A stretch of 63,997 nucleotides of DNA, counting the filler, from Basidiobolus ranarum (taxonomy: Eukaryota), in NCBI GenBank assembly GCA_040143965.1. It is 7 parts of 7 records of this genome, joined end to end, with 100 filler letters (N's around TTAATTAATTAA, not from the genome) between each part and the next. Parts side by side here need not be neighbours in the genome. Positions count along the whole stretch, not along the records: positions 46,482 to 55,662 come from JASJQH010007740.1; positions 55,763 to 63,997 come from JASJQH010007872.1; 5 more parts are not named here. One strand, 5' to 3'. The translations under genes and the position numbers were made by a program. Positions 51,601 through 63,997 of the stretch are shown piece after piece. Below the pieces are notes generated by a model, which was given only the letters and a program-made list of their open reading frames with translations, was not told the origin of the DNA and did no database searches. Every line of letters starts with the position of its first letter. Position 1 is the first letter of the stretch.

Positions 51601-52717
51601 TAGGATACAGGACCAACGTGCACGTAGAATAATGGAACGACAACATGTGTTTGATATCATCACCATATCCGACTCCACATTCGGACTCGTATGTAGAACT
51701 AATTGCTCCACACATTATGTTACTCCTCAGAACTCTCGAAAGATTGTGATTGGAGCTGACGATGGTGTATATGTTGGTATCGAAGGAGACTCTACTAGTT
51801 TCACGAAAGTTTTGAATTTAGAAAAGATTCGACACATTGAGATTCTGGAGGATTACAAGATGATGTTGGTTCTGCAAGACAAACTATTGCTTAGTTACAG
51901 TATCGCTCTTTTGGATGATCCGAAAAAGCTCTCCAATCGCAATGGACAAAAGCTCGCTTCAAATGTCACTTATTTCTGTGCGGGTGCCTTAAATGATCGC
52001 AAATATGTGGCTGTTCTGAAGCTCAAAGGATTGAAATCGTCTTGCAAAATTTTAGAGCCCATATAAATTAGCCAAGTCAAAGGAAAGTCCAAACTCCTTT
52101 GCCAGAAGAACGGTTATGCGCTTAGACTAGCGAAGCAACTCTGTATCTCGACCGATCCCCATTCGATACGCTTCCTGAGCAAAAAGTTGTATCTCGTATC
52201 TAACAAAGGTTTCGAAATTATTGGTCTAGAAAAAGAGGCGCACAGAACTGTACCTGATCCGAAAAACGAACGAGAATTCGACTTCGTTTTTAAATACGAA
52301 CACAATAGGCCTTTGGCCATGTACCGAATTGGTCCGCATGAGTTATTGCTCTGTTACAGCGAATGTGCATTCTATATTGATAATGCGGGACACCGCTCAA
52401 GGCCCAACCTTTTGATTGAATGGGAAGGCCAACCAACAAATCTTGCCTTCCATTATCCATACTTGATTGGATTTGACCCTTCATTTATTGAGATAAGAAA
52501 TGTGGAGACCGGGGCTTTGGAGCAAGTAATAGAGACAACCGGGCAAAGATGTTTAAACAATGGTCAGAACCAGACAGGGATTTACTGTGTTATGGAGCCA
52601 TTTCAAAGTCATCATCAGTACATATTCCAACTACGAATGCCGGCTCGTTCACAGCCATTAGTACATGATAGTAGCGCTGAAGAAAGCTCCAAGCTTGCAC
52701 TTTCTGATGTAGTATAG
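48669..52717 (+). CDS. Rom1/Rom2/Rgf-like RhoGEF (DH-PH-CNH), with a frameshift near 50390 and an in-frame TAA at 52064-52066 in this assembly
   Basis: EIKRQEIIFE, RPTTRLGRYTLLFESILKHT, VFLFDHVFLLAKEK, CNH motifs IEWEGQP..YPYLIGFDPSFIEIRN. Confidence 0.8.
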
Positions 52718-53688
52718 TTATTGATGGCTTCTAGTTTCTCAGTTCAGTTTTCTTCCCATGTTGTTGAGTCCATCATTAATCTTAATTGATCCATTTGTAA
52801 CCAGCCTCTCACACACTAGTTTCCTGACTCGTAGATATTTACCTACCCTATTCACTTCATAGATTCTATCTATATTTAATTCATCCATCTCTTCTCTGGA
52901 TAACCTTTAATACTTATCGACTACATCACTTTAATAATTGTTCATATATAAATGTATATCCAATATTCTGCCAATATTCACCCATGAATTCAACATCGTA
53001 CACCGAGGAACAGGATTGTGCACAGGTTGCCACCATTGTTTATTCTTGCAAAATAGCAGGTTACTCCTGTACCGCTTGCCCAGCCGTACAATGTGGCACC
53101 TCCCCAACGTCGAAATATGTTCAATAGGAAACCTGATATATAGCCAGTTACCCAGAATTTGTTGTCTAGGGTATAGGCTTGAGTTTCATTCCAAGCAGAT
53201 CTTGGCTTTGCTCATTCACATGGATTTACAATTGAGTACAAATGAATTCTCAAGCCTATTCCCATATGAGGTCTTATTGGCTTTGCACATATTCTAATGG
53301 AAGATTTGGATCAGTGAGGTGTGAACTGCAGAGTAACCCATTTAGAGCATCGAAAAAAAGTGAAATGAGAATCGATCACCTAACCCTAACCTGCCACATG
53401 ATTATACGAATGACAGGCTTTGATTGTTTCCATGTAAGGCAAGACACTTCTAAACAGCAAATCGGTATTCCTTAATTGTCGGCGAAATTAAGTTTCATCA
53501 ATTTGCGAGATTTGGAAGGATTACAACAGTCTTATATTATAATAAGCTCACTGCCCCTATTTGTAGTCATCGTTTGTATAATTTCTACATCGTTACTCTT
53601 TCATTCCCTCCTCCCTTCGTTAGTATTTACTCCATTTTGTCAGGTTTTCAACGTATATTCTCCCTTGTGATCGATATAGTAGTACATA

Positions 53689-55130
53689 ATGGCTTACTAT
53701 AAAAAACGTAACGACGATCCAGACCGTATAATACCTGTCGAAGAGAGTTCTTCTAGCACTATACTAGATACAAGCTCGGGTCAAAATCTATACAACCATA
53801 CACGGTCTGACGAAGAATATGCACGTCAATTATATAGAGAAGATCATCAACTTCAGCAAACCAACTATTCCCAACAGAGACAAATGCCTCCACCTCAACC
53901 AGGTTTTCTCGCCTCAGCGGATTATCCTGGACAGGCTGGCTATTATTCCTCGAGACCTCAGCAACAACAACAGCAGCAGCAACAATATTCCCAATACCCA
54001 ATGCAACCACCACCACCACCACAAAATGCATACACACTGCCTTTACTTGACCCAAAGCAAGCCAATATTCAAAAACAGATGGCGAAAAGAAGATACTGGG
54101 CACCATGGTTTATTAGAACTGTTAGTTTAGCACAACTTGTGTTGGTAATTTATTCGCTCTACAGAAACTCGCAGTTAACTGGTAGTTGGATCCAAACGAA
54201 GCCTTATTTTAACTGGCTAATTGGACCTGCACCTGAGGTAAGAGTCATCATGACCCCATCTAATTACTCATATTCATACACACACGCATATACTTATTAT
54301 TGTTTCTCTACTGGCTAGACGTTGATTAATATTGGCGCTCGTTTCGTTCCATGTATGCATAGTACCAAAATGCTAAACCAGCCAATTGTATGCGGTAACC
54401 AGGGAACCTGTAGTCTAGAGGAATTATGTGGTTTTGGCGGGTTTAAAGGAGGAGAGCCAAATCAATGGTTCAGATTTATAACGCCAATCTTTTTGCATGG
54501 TGGGGTTCTTCATTACCTCATCAACATGACATACCAACTTAGCAGTGGATCCCAGATGGAGCGTGATATGGGGCCTTTTAGAATGGCATTGTTGTACATG
54601 ATCTCCGGGATTGGTGGCTTCATCTTCGGCGGCAATTTTGCTCCACAAAATTTACGTAAGTTGAGAGCTGTGTGAAATTTTATTCTCATAAACGTTTGAA
54701 TTAAACATTAATATTAGCTTCTGTTGGCGCATCGGGTGCGTTATTCGGCCTCATCGGTTGCCAGCTTGTAGATTTGATACAACATTGGAGTCTATATCCT
54801 AATCCTTGTGGTGAACTCTTCAAGATGATTATCCTGTTAATCATTAATTTTGCTATTGGATTGTTGCCGAGCATTGATAATTTTGCACATATTGGTGGCT
54901 TTGTATGTGGTGTTTTCACTGCTTTCGTGCTACTCCCAACCGTTCATACTTCCAATACTGATAAATGGGTCAAGCGCTTGCTCATGGTTGTTGGCTTGGT
55001 AGTGGTAGTACTACTGTTTTGGTTAGGTTTGAAATATTTCTACAGTGGCGAAGATCCAAGCAGCTTCTGTCCCTGGTGCAAATATTTTAGTTGTTTGCCC
55101 ATTAATAACTGGTGTGATGCCGTTTACTAG
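53689..55130 (+). CDS. Rhomboid intramembrane serine protease, 3 exons
   Basis: QWFRFITPIFLHGG..H, catalytic VGASGALFG, IDNFAHIGGF. Confidence 0.93.
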
Positions 55131-55538
55131 TAGTATAGTGTTTTAGCCTAAAATGAGACAATTTAAAAAAGTTAGACACTTCATAAAATATATGGGACGA
55201 TTGCAAAAAAAACTTTGAGACGAGTGAATGTAAAAAAAATAGGTAGTGGGATTTTTTTTTGTAGACGAAGCGCATTAATGTTCAAAGACTTATACTGTAT
55301 CTTGGATTAGTGTGGCGGTAACTACAAAGGATGGGTTGGTTTTTAGTGGGTCGACTACTACTAGCTAATAAAAGACCCCCTTTCTTTTAGAGCTTGTGGA
55401 GGGAGTCTGTCTGCAAAATCGCTCTGGTCTTTTGCCGTTTTCACGCAGCCCAAAAAGAATATGTCGGAAATTCAAAGTAGCTCCATATCACGAATCATAT
55501 CGACATCGTAAGAAGATAGGAATTCTTTTGGTAGATTA

Positions 55539-55661
55539 TCAATTTTTCCACACGAAATAGTCGTTTTGATTTTACTGCATTGCTCGACGATAGATTTTAC
55601 TGCAGCCAACACTTCTTCCTCCGAGTTACCCTTCTTCTTCATTTCATCTTTTGCTATCTTT
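55539..55661 (-). CDS. Possible 3' end of an unidentified protein, truncated by linker
   Basis: Open frame KIAKDEMKKKGNSEEEVLAAVKSIVEQCSKNQNDYFVWKN* running from the contig edge. Confidence 0.35.
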
Positions 55662-55662
55662 A

Positions 55663-55762
55663 NNNNNNNNNNNNNNNNNNNNNNNNNNNNNNNNNNNNNN
55701 NNNNNNTTAATTAATTAANNNNNNNNNNNNNNNNNNNNNNNNNNNNNNNNNNNNNNNNNNNN
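55663..55762. other. Artificial contig linker
   Basis: 100-nt block of Ns with central TTAATTAATTAA. Confidence 0.99.
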
Positions 55763-56344
55763 TGACAGAGTGTGAAGGTCTGGGATTTTGATACGGGAGA
55801 ATGTAAATTCGATTTACGAGGGCATGACAACGACGTTGAATGTGCTGCCTTTGCCCCCACACAATCGTACCCCTACATTAGGGAACTTGTCGGGATAAAT
55901 GTATGCCTAGACATTTATGTTACAAGGCAAGATTCTAAATTTATTTACCTACCTTTAGGGAAATTCCAAACAGCCCCTACCTGGCCAATTTGTAGCTTCA
56001 GGATCCCGAGATAAAACCATCAAATTGTGGGATGCTACTGGGCAGTGTATTCGCACTTTTGTAAGTTCTACAAACCACATTAATATCATACAAAGCCTTA
56101 CATTCACTTCCAGGTTGGGCATGATAATTGGGTTCGTGGTTTGGTATTCCATCCAAGTGGTAAATTTCTTCTGAGTGTTTCTGATGATAAAACTGTTAAA
56201 ATATGGGAGATTAAAACTGGACGCTGTATAAATACCTTCGAGGCTCATAGTCACTTCGTGTCATGCATAGCCTTTCATACTCTGAGCCGTATAGTTGCTA
56301 CTGGGAGTATTGACATGACCGTAAAAATATGGGAGTGCCGCTAG
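55763..56344 (+). CDS. LIS1: LIS1/NudF/Pac1 dynein regulator (WD40), 3' part
   Basis: [62 protein letters not shown]. Confidence 0.92.
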
Positions 56345-56953
56345 ATTAAAACGGGTCATACTTGGGGTAATGTCCACTCATGGAACCGGATAACTCTACA
56401 TGTTTTTTATCGTTGTAAGTTTGTTGAGTAATCTTTCTCGAATTATCTATACCTTACATACTAAAGAAACCAATCACCGTTCCCTAGTTTCTATCAACAT
56501 ACACCCATTCGTCAACTTTAACTATATTTGCATTATTATTTGTTAATAATTCCCACATCAACGTCTACTCCCATGTGCTTAGCTACTCACAGGATTTTAC
56601 TCTAAGCTACTCACATAATATATACCCACTATATCCTATTACTATATGTATTTCCTATGCTTAAATGAATTCGAACTAAATATCCTAGAAATAGGAGTTG
56701 AAACTCAAATACCACATAAAACTCAATGATCTCCAATGAAATATCCATATTTCAGATTGAGAATGGCATATTTAGTAAAATGTACGGATAATTCGGTGAT
56801 ATATAACATTAATCAAATCTAACTATTGAAGTATGCTACTGACAAACTGAAAAAGATGGCTTGAAAATAGGAAGAGAATAAAGATCAATATGATATCATA
56901 GAACTTTTAAAGTTACCAATGTGAGATTTGGTAAAAAATTCGAACTGCGAAAC

Positions 56954-59240
56954 TCATGGAGATCTAGTATTTCGTAAATCAACAATGTCAAAATCCAATT
57001 TCATCACCTTGACATGGCTGCTTTCACCAACATTGGCATCCTTGAGGGTAGAAAGATTTAGTCAAATATTATTCTAAACATATATCACTGATAAGCCAAT
57101 GAATCATACTGTGTATAGTGGGCCGCCTTCGTGTGGATGGAACAGGCGTGAGTCGCGACATTGTGAGACAATACCCAAGCCTGGAGGGTCGGTTAAGCGA
57201 AATATACCAGTGCTTAAGTTGAAAATGAGTTTAGCTTGGGAAAGATTAAGAGTGAATAACAATAGACTTGAACCTTGGCTCGTGTTTAGGAGCACATACA
57301 ACGGCGATCGCCTCCGGCAACATCAACTGATAAGAACAATGGGTATGAACATCCACCGAACTCATAAAGCAGGTTTGTGTTGGATGGGTCTACACGATTG
57401 ATATATTAGTCATTGACTTAAAAAGTATGGGTATCACCTAAAGTCATGTACATGAATCCACCCGAGGGTCATTAGATCATTTTCATCTTGGTATGAGAAT
57501 AACTCCTCTTCGTTCGTAGTCGTACATGTATCCGAGGTTGATGTTTGCTTCGGAATGATTAAAGTGGTGATAAAGAAGGCATTTTGTTTCTTTTCATACA
57601 ATAATTAGAAAGCAATGTTTGAGTTGATATAAGAGATGAAAGAGTGGTGATTGTGTAGAAATGGGTAAAATACCAATGTTCCTGATAAAATACCACAGGT
57701 CTCCAAGTTGGCAGTAGTGTTTTTCCCAGCTATCAACAAAAATCTTTCCATTAGATTCGAAGGAAGGTGCATTAGTCGAAGTGGAGATCCACACTCAGTG
57801 GTAGCTACAAAATGGAAGCTTTAGATCTGATGAGCATGGAAATCACAAAATAGATAGTTTACCAGTAGATACTATATTTGCAGGTGATGAGACATCAGAG
57901 TAAATACTGGGCTTTGGAGGGAGTGAAGGTGCCAAATTATCTGGCATAACAAGTGGTGCAACAGCTGCAGTTGGCATTGAGCAATAATCATGTGGCTTTG
58001 GGGGAAGTGCTTGATATTCAGACCTAAAAGTACTAGAGTTCGGAGAGAGGCCGGATGATGGTAAACGAGAGTTTGAAATTTCATAAGAGTCATAATGATC
58101 TCCACTCCTTGGATGACCAACGTATTCTTGCTGAGGTTTCGTTGGAAGATTGGGTGGAATAGTCGGCAAATGCGAAAGATTATTGAGCTCTTGAGACCTA
58201 TAATTGAACCTGGTACGTTATGAGTAAAATTATCCTCTTCTCTTGTCCAAATATGAGTACAAAGGAGATAGTAAGTACCCATCGCTTTTGTTATGGTTAG
58301 CGACATTCGGATAAGCCTAAAAACAATCGAACGTAAGTAATCTTAAGAGATGACAAGGAATCATATTTGCTTGATTATGTACCTCGTGGAAATTGGCATA
58401 ATCGTTAGGCCTTTAAGAAATACATTAACTACTGATAGCACTAAGATGGAATGTGTGATTTGTATAACAATCAAAAAGCAGTATATACCCAGCACTATGG
58501 CTTCTCTTTCCTATATCGACACCTTCTAAAGCCTTTACTAAAGACCAGTTAGGATCCGGTTGTGAAAACCGCTCATTCGATTCAGCGAAGTTAGACTTCT
58601 CTGTCGCATTGGGTGCAGTTGTTGTAGATTGCCTCTTCTGAGAAGTAGCTAGAGCCACCAAATATTTGTCTTTAGCCTCTATATACTTTTTGCGACGTTC
58701 CTCGAGAAGTGGTTTGATCTTTTCAAGAATATCTAAGGCAGCAAGGCATTTCTACACAAAGATAATCAGAATTACCAAGAAATATTTGACAGTTGGATTG
58801 ACATGTGAAGTGTAAAGATGGGCCTTACTTTCTTTAGGTCACCCAAGAGCTTCCGATTCTCGGGTAATTTGTATCCTGGATGCTTTGGCATTTCGTGAAT
58901 GATAAGGCTACGAAATACAACACATTAATAACACTTTAAATAGCAGTAAAGGGAAGTGGGTATAGGAAGGAAACATACTTGCTGAATTTAAAATATAATA
59001 AATAAGCTTTTTGAAGGTCACGCTCTTCATAATATATTCTGGCCTAGTTTCAAGTCGTATTGAGCATTTCGCTAACTGTAATGTGAACAAAAAATATGTA
59101 GTAACCTGACGATATAGCAATTCTGTGGAGCGACAATACAGCTTCAAGGAAGTATTCAAATCTATGACGACTTGTGCCCTAGAATTGAGTTCCTTAATTG
59201 ACAAATACTCTTCATCCGTGGGTAATATTTGGGTATTCAT
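56954..59240 (-). CDS. AMSH/STAMBP-like JAMM deubiquitinase, multi-exon
   Basis: N-terminal USP8-dimer/MIT-like region; [36 protein letters not shown] (JAMM), FRLTDPPG. Confidence 0.93.
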
Positions 59241-60940
59241 GGTAAACGTTGACTCTTTGCAAAGAATTGGATCAGAGTGATGCTAAAGTTAAAGATTACC
59301 GAACTAACTAGTTACCTAAACGAGCAGAGATTACACTTGAGTGTTTGATTATTAAAACTCAGTATTTTATCTTACAGGAATCTACGGAATTTAGCAGCCT
59401 AGACAATTCAATATTTACAGCCGGAATTCATGCTCAAGATCAAGGTTTAAGTGAAAGGACGGATTGATCAGGATTACAATAGTTTATTCCAAATAATACC
59501 GTTTTTATATAAAATTATACATAATTTCAAAGATGTTCAGCTAATATTTACTTAAAGCTCCTACTGATGTTTCTACTGGGGAATTCTACCCCCGACAAGG
59601 CTAGTATAAGCTTAAATTATCTGACTAACATGATGGCTATTTTAAATTTTGGTTCAATACTGCTAAGTAGTAATAACAATATTACTTACCTTCTGCTGCT
59701 AGCAAGTGTTTGGCTTAGCATAGTGAGATAAGCAAGTTTAAGTGCTGCATTGACGTTATACTCGAATCAAGCCTATTGCAACATACATCTAGAGCACATA
59801 ATAGTATGTTATTGGAGGTTACAGCGTAATAGTCGACTGAAGCGCATGTTGAAAGCACGAAGCACCATCAGGAGTCTTTTTGTTATTCCCAATGAAATTA
59901 TCTCATTCAATGTCGCTGTTATGAGGTAAAAAGTATACTTTAAATGCCAACAGTTCATAAATATCGAAATATTCACAAACTATCTGGGCTTATACATTTT
60001 GCGCACTCCATTCCGTATCTAATATCGATGAAGGAAAGGTATTCAACAGAAAAATAACTAAAAATATAATCTTGCTGTAAATGTTCGCTGATTCTGACGA
60101 TATATAAAAATCGTTAGATCATATACTGTTTATATAAACAAAAATGCTGAAGCTACGCTCCACCTTTTCAGTAATCTTTAGAGAAATGAATCTTACTACT
60201 ACGAATAACACTACTTTGGGTAATATAAGCACTCCATATATGTATCCTTTGGATTAAACACCGACGCTTACCATTATGCTTTATTTGTTATATTCTACCT
60301 ATCTAAACAAATTAATCAAGTTATTTTGCATTTACTATAAATGAAAAGCACTGAATGTAGATTGTTCCTATCATCCTATCAAGTTTTGGAATACACCTTT
60401 GAGTAGTGCATCCGCATGCACTATCATGCTAGTATCTATTTGGATTAGCATTGTTACTTCGAGATAAAAAGCAGTTAAACCTGACATGGTTCTTACATAA
60501 CTAAAGTGATGAAGTAGAAGCTCAACATATTTGGAATTGATTTGTCATGATCGGATACCAAGCTCAGGTGCTTAAAAATACTTCCGATGGCGAAAAGCTG
60601 CCTTTCTGTATCTTTTGTGATTTATAAAAATGATTTTCTAGTTTCGCGATTTAACGATCAGATATTGTGTGGTTAACGTCGATCAAGCTTTGTACTACCC
60701 TGGATAACATTTGAACCAATAACCCCTGTTCACCTTACGTCTTTCCAGCTTCAGATGTCACCAAAAATTCATTCCCTCCTCACACTAAGGTTTTATACTC
60801 TCTGCACAAAAACACGACTTGTGTATGCTTAATTGTTGAATTAAGACTCATAGTTTGTGACCTTTCCATCTGTTTTAAGTTTCTTACTCTTTATTTGAAA
60901 CCTTCGTAATTACCTATTAGCACATACAAAGCAGTACACA

Positions 60941-63900
60941 ATGTTCTGGCGTTTTGGTTTTCATACAGTATCTCCTGTTGACACTTTACTCGAAAAAGAT
61001 GATCTTACAGTTGAAGAATTGATGGATCAAGATGATATTCTTCAAGAGCTAAGAGCAGCGAACAGCAAGCTGATAGAATTGTAATTTCGTTTTTCGTTAT
61101 TGTTAATAAGAATATTTATTTATCATCGTTTTACGAAACTCAACGCGTTTGCATAATACGCGACTTTTGGAAACTTTTGTAAAGATCACTCAGTCGTAAC
61201 CTAACGTATATTTCCTTTGAAATGCTATAGTTTATGTCAACCAGAGGTGCTTGGTCGACTTTTCGAATATTTAACCTGCAATTTGGAAGAGCAAGAAGTG
61301 AATATGAAGTAATAGTTCAATAACTTCAAAATTGTCTTATTGATTTACTAATGTTAAGTATTAATTATTCCTCGATTAGATACCCTTATATAGCTGGCGA
61401 GATCCTTTCATGTGAAGAAGTATGGGGACTTAGTAAAGCCATCCTTGATAATAAAGAGCTTTTGTCATCCTTTTGGGAGATCCTCGATAGGCCTGCTCCA
61501 CTCCACTCCATGCAGGCTGCGTATTTTAGTAAAATAGTTTGCACACTCCTTGCAAAGAAAAGTGACGAGGTTTGCTTTATCCTTTGTACGTTATTTGCTA
61601 TGATAAACAAAGCTAAAGTATAGATTTAAAGATGATTGCCTTCATCCGAGACCAGCCTGATATAATTGACAAGTTTCTATGCCATTTGGAGACCCCTGTT
61701 ATTATGGACATAGTGTTGAAACTCATCAGCCTAGACGAACTACCTAGTGGCACTGGTGTTGTTGAGGTTAGCATAATCAATAAGCATTCACGTATATGGT
61801 ACGATTCTCAACCCTCGATTTTAGTGGCTTTCTTCCGAAGGACTCATGAGCAAATTAATTGATCGCTTGAGTCCAAAATGCGACCCAGAGGTAATTATAA
61901 GGTCACCCATACATTCTATTGACAGTTGATTAACTTATTTCAAAATAGACATATTCAGCAATTGCTCCCATAATTTTGGATATCATTACCATTTCCAAAT
62001 CGAATAGCAACCAGCAGCCGAACGCTGGCACGAATCCTTTAATAACCGAGCTGAAGAGGTTTCATTCCGCAATCAGATTATTGTTCGGAATATTCACTAA
62101 CTTATCTTTAATGATCAGTAAGAAGATAGCCTCACGCCTAGTGGATTATATGTTGGATACTACGTCTTCCAATGCAGCCTCAGTGTTGGTCAATGGTGTA
62201 GGGATATTTGTTGAATTGATTAGACGTAATTATAGGTTGGTGTTACTGCCTTTCATTGAAATCTTCACTCTTAAAACCACTCCTAAATTTCTTCATCGTT
62301 TCTTCTAGTGACGAAGAGCCAGCTGCGCTATTTCAGTACACCGAGCCCATTACTCCAATTGATCTAAGTGACATGTTAAAGGTCCTTAGTGACCGCCTTA
62401 GCGATTTTCAAACTATTTTAGCGAATCCACGTAATGTGGTAAGTAGTATATATTTGCTAAATTTGTGTATCCTAACTTACATTTTGATAATGAATATTAC
62501 AGTCAGAGTTCATTGATACTACCATTGGTAAAGTAAAACCTCTAGGTTTTGAGCGTCTTAAAGTATGTGAACTTTATGCTGAGCTGCTTCACTGCGCCAA
62601 CGTGAACGTCTCCGATGCTGAATCTGGAGATGAAACTCAAGGAGTTTCTCATCAAGAAGATGGTAATGATACAAGTTGCAATTGAAAACTCCAGTGGGTA
62701 TATTCTAAACATTATTGGTTTTAGCTAGTACTAGTTTGAAGCGAAAATACGTTGAGTATCAAATTGTCTCTACTTGCTTGGTAACGAAATCTTCCATATG
62801 CCCACTTTTGGTGAAGTTGTTCTAAATATTCTGATTTGATAGGATTTATTTTTTGAATACCCTTGGAACAATTTCCTTCACACGATAGTGTATGATATAT
62901 TACATCAAATTCTTAACCTTCCGTATGAAGTGGATGTGAACAAGGCTCTTATTCTATCGGTAAGATATGCTGTGCTTTCATTGATTTGACCCCTTTTCGT
63001 AATGGTATTTAAACTTCTTGTCTAGGTCTTCAACGATGCTGATATTACCTCTAGAATTACTAAAGCTCAGCAAGAATGTGATTCTGAGATGTTAGTGTCT
63101 TATTAACCTTCGCTTTTTTATATCTTGATTTAACTGACATTACATTAGTACACATGCCAAACAGATTCGTCCTGGATACATGGGTCACTTGACATTCATT
63201 GCCGAAGAGGTTGTGCGCTTAATCGAAAGATCTCCTGAAGTTGCCGCAGATGTTAAAGGTATTCCATTAACTTATTCATTCATCATCTCACACTGTTGAT
63301 TATTAATTTTGTTGACGTGTAGATAAAATCCAGGCTGAGCCTTGGAGAGAATATGTGTCTAAAACTTTGCGTGAAATCAAGGAGAGGGATCAACAGCCAC
63401 TTGGTGGACAAAGACCTAATCTTTTGAACGGGTTCAATGACACAGATGATGATGACGATGACTACGAAGATGAGGATGATCTTGATCGTGAACAGCTTGC
63501 TAGATATTTAACTCCAACTGGTGAGCTCAGAAGCCAATTTGTGTCTTCTTTTGATGATGACGACGAAAGTGACGAAGAGGATCCCGATTGGTTAAGGTAA
63601 GCTTTGATATGCAAGTATCTACTAAGCAGTTGATGGGTATTCAATTGAATTTGATGTACAGCAAATTGGCACCAACTGATGGCTCTTACAGTATGAACCT
63701 GGTATGTATTCTCATTTCATCCCTGACTTGCTGAGTACTAAAACAAGTGTCTATATATTATAATTTAGGAGAATATGGAATATGATGGTGATGATCAGGT
63801 CAGTATCTTTTGGAAGAGTATGCTATGAGTCAACTTGCTAACGTGATTATTGTAAATAGCTGCGCTCACCTCCCATCAGTACCTCTAAAGAAGATCAATC

Positions 63901-63997
63901 TGATCGAGTACTCACTATAGGAGATTGGTCTGCTGAATTCCAAGATAGAGTTGGATCCCATTCACAAGGTTCGCGCGGTGCTCACGCCCCTACAGTA
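60941..63997 (+). CDS. SIT4/PP6-associated regulatory subunit (SAPS domain), many exons, runs off the window
   Basis: MFWRFGF..DTLLEK, YPYIAGEILSC, PLGFERLKVCELYAELLHC, FFEYPWNNFLH, GYMGHLTFIAEEVV. Confidence 0.93.

Noticed and set aside
60242-60748. GTATCCTTT (60242) or GTATCTTTT (about 60608) with CACCTTAC..CCAG as a 5'UTR minor intron of the SAPS gene
   Set aside because: No coding constraint to test and a poor branch match; needs RNA-seq.

Overview
Eukaryotic, intron-rich, AT-rich fungal DNA. The gene set (Pik1, Mot1, Cyr1 with LRR+PP2C+cyclase, Rom2-like GEF, Coa3) and the presence of minor-spliceosome introns suggest an early-diverging fungus such as Zoopagomycota or Mucoromycota; this is inference only. 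The window is not a real chromosome segment. It is seven unrelated contigs of about 9.2 kb, sorted by decreasing size and joined by 100-nt N/TTAATTAATTAA/N linkers. It holds about 24 mostly housekeeping genes (several truncated at linkers), one tRNA-Gly(CCC) and two orphan small secreted proteins. Highlights: (1) A 200-nt element occurs three times in one contig and looks like a dispersed repeat. It folds as a box H/ACA snoRNA with a clean pocket for the LSU rRNA site GGAUUG-U-UCACCCA (snR37/SNORA10 target) and a weaker pocket for the 18S U210/211 site. Each copy has its own AATCCCAC + TATA upstream module resembling an snRNA-type promoter. (2) Three U12-type introns (two AT-AC, one GT-AG) in AKTIP-like, PIK1 and Rab8/Sec4-like genes, each needed to restore the reading frame. 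(3) A GC-AG intron, an intronless divergent alpha-tubulin, and frame disruptions in PIK1 and the RhoGEF.
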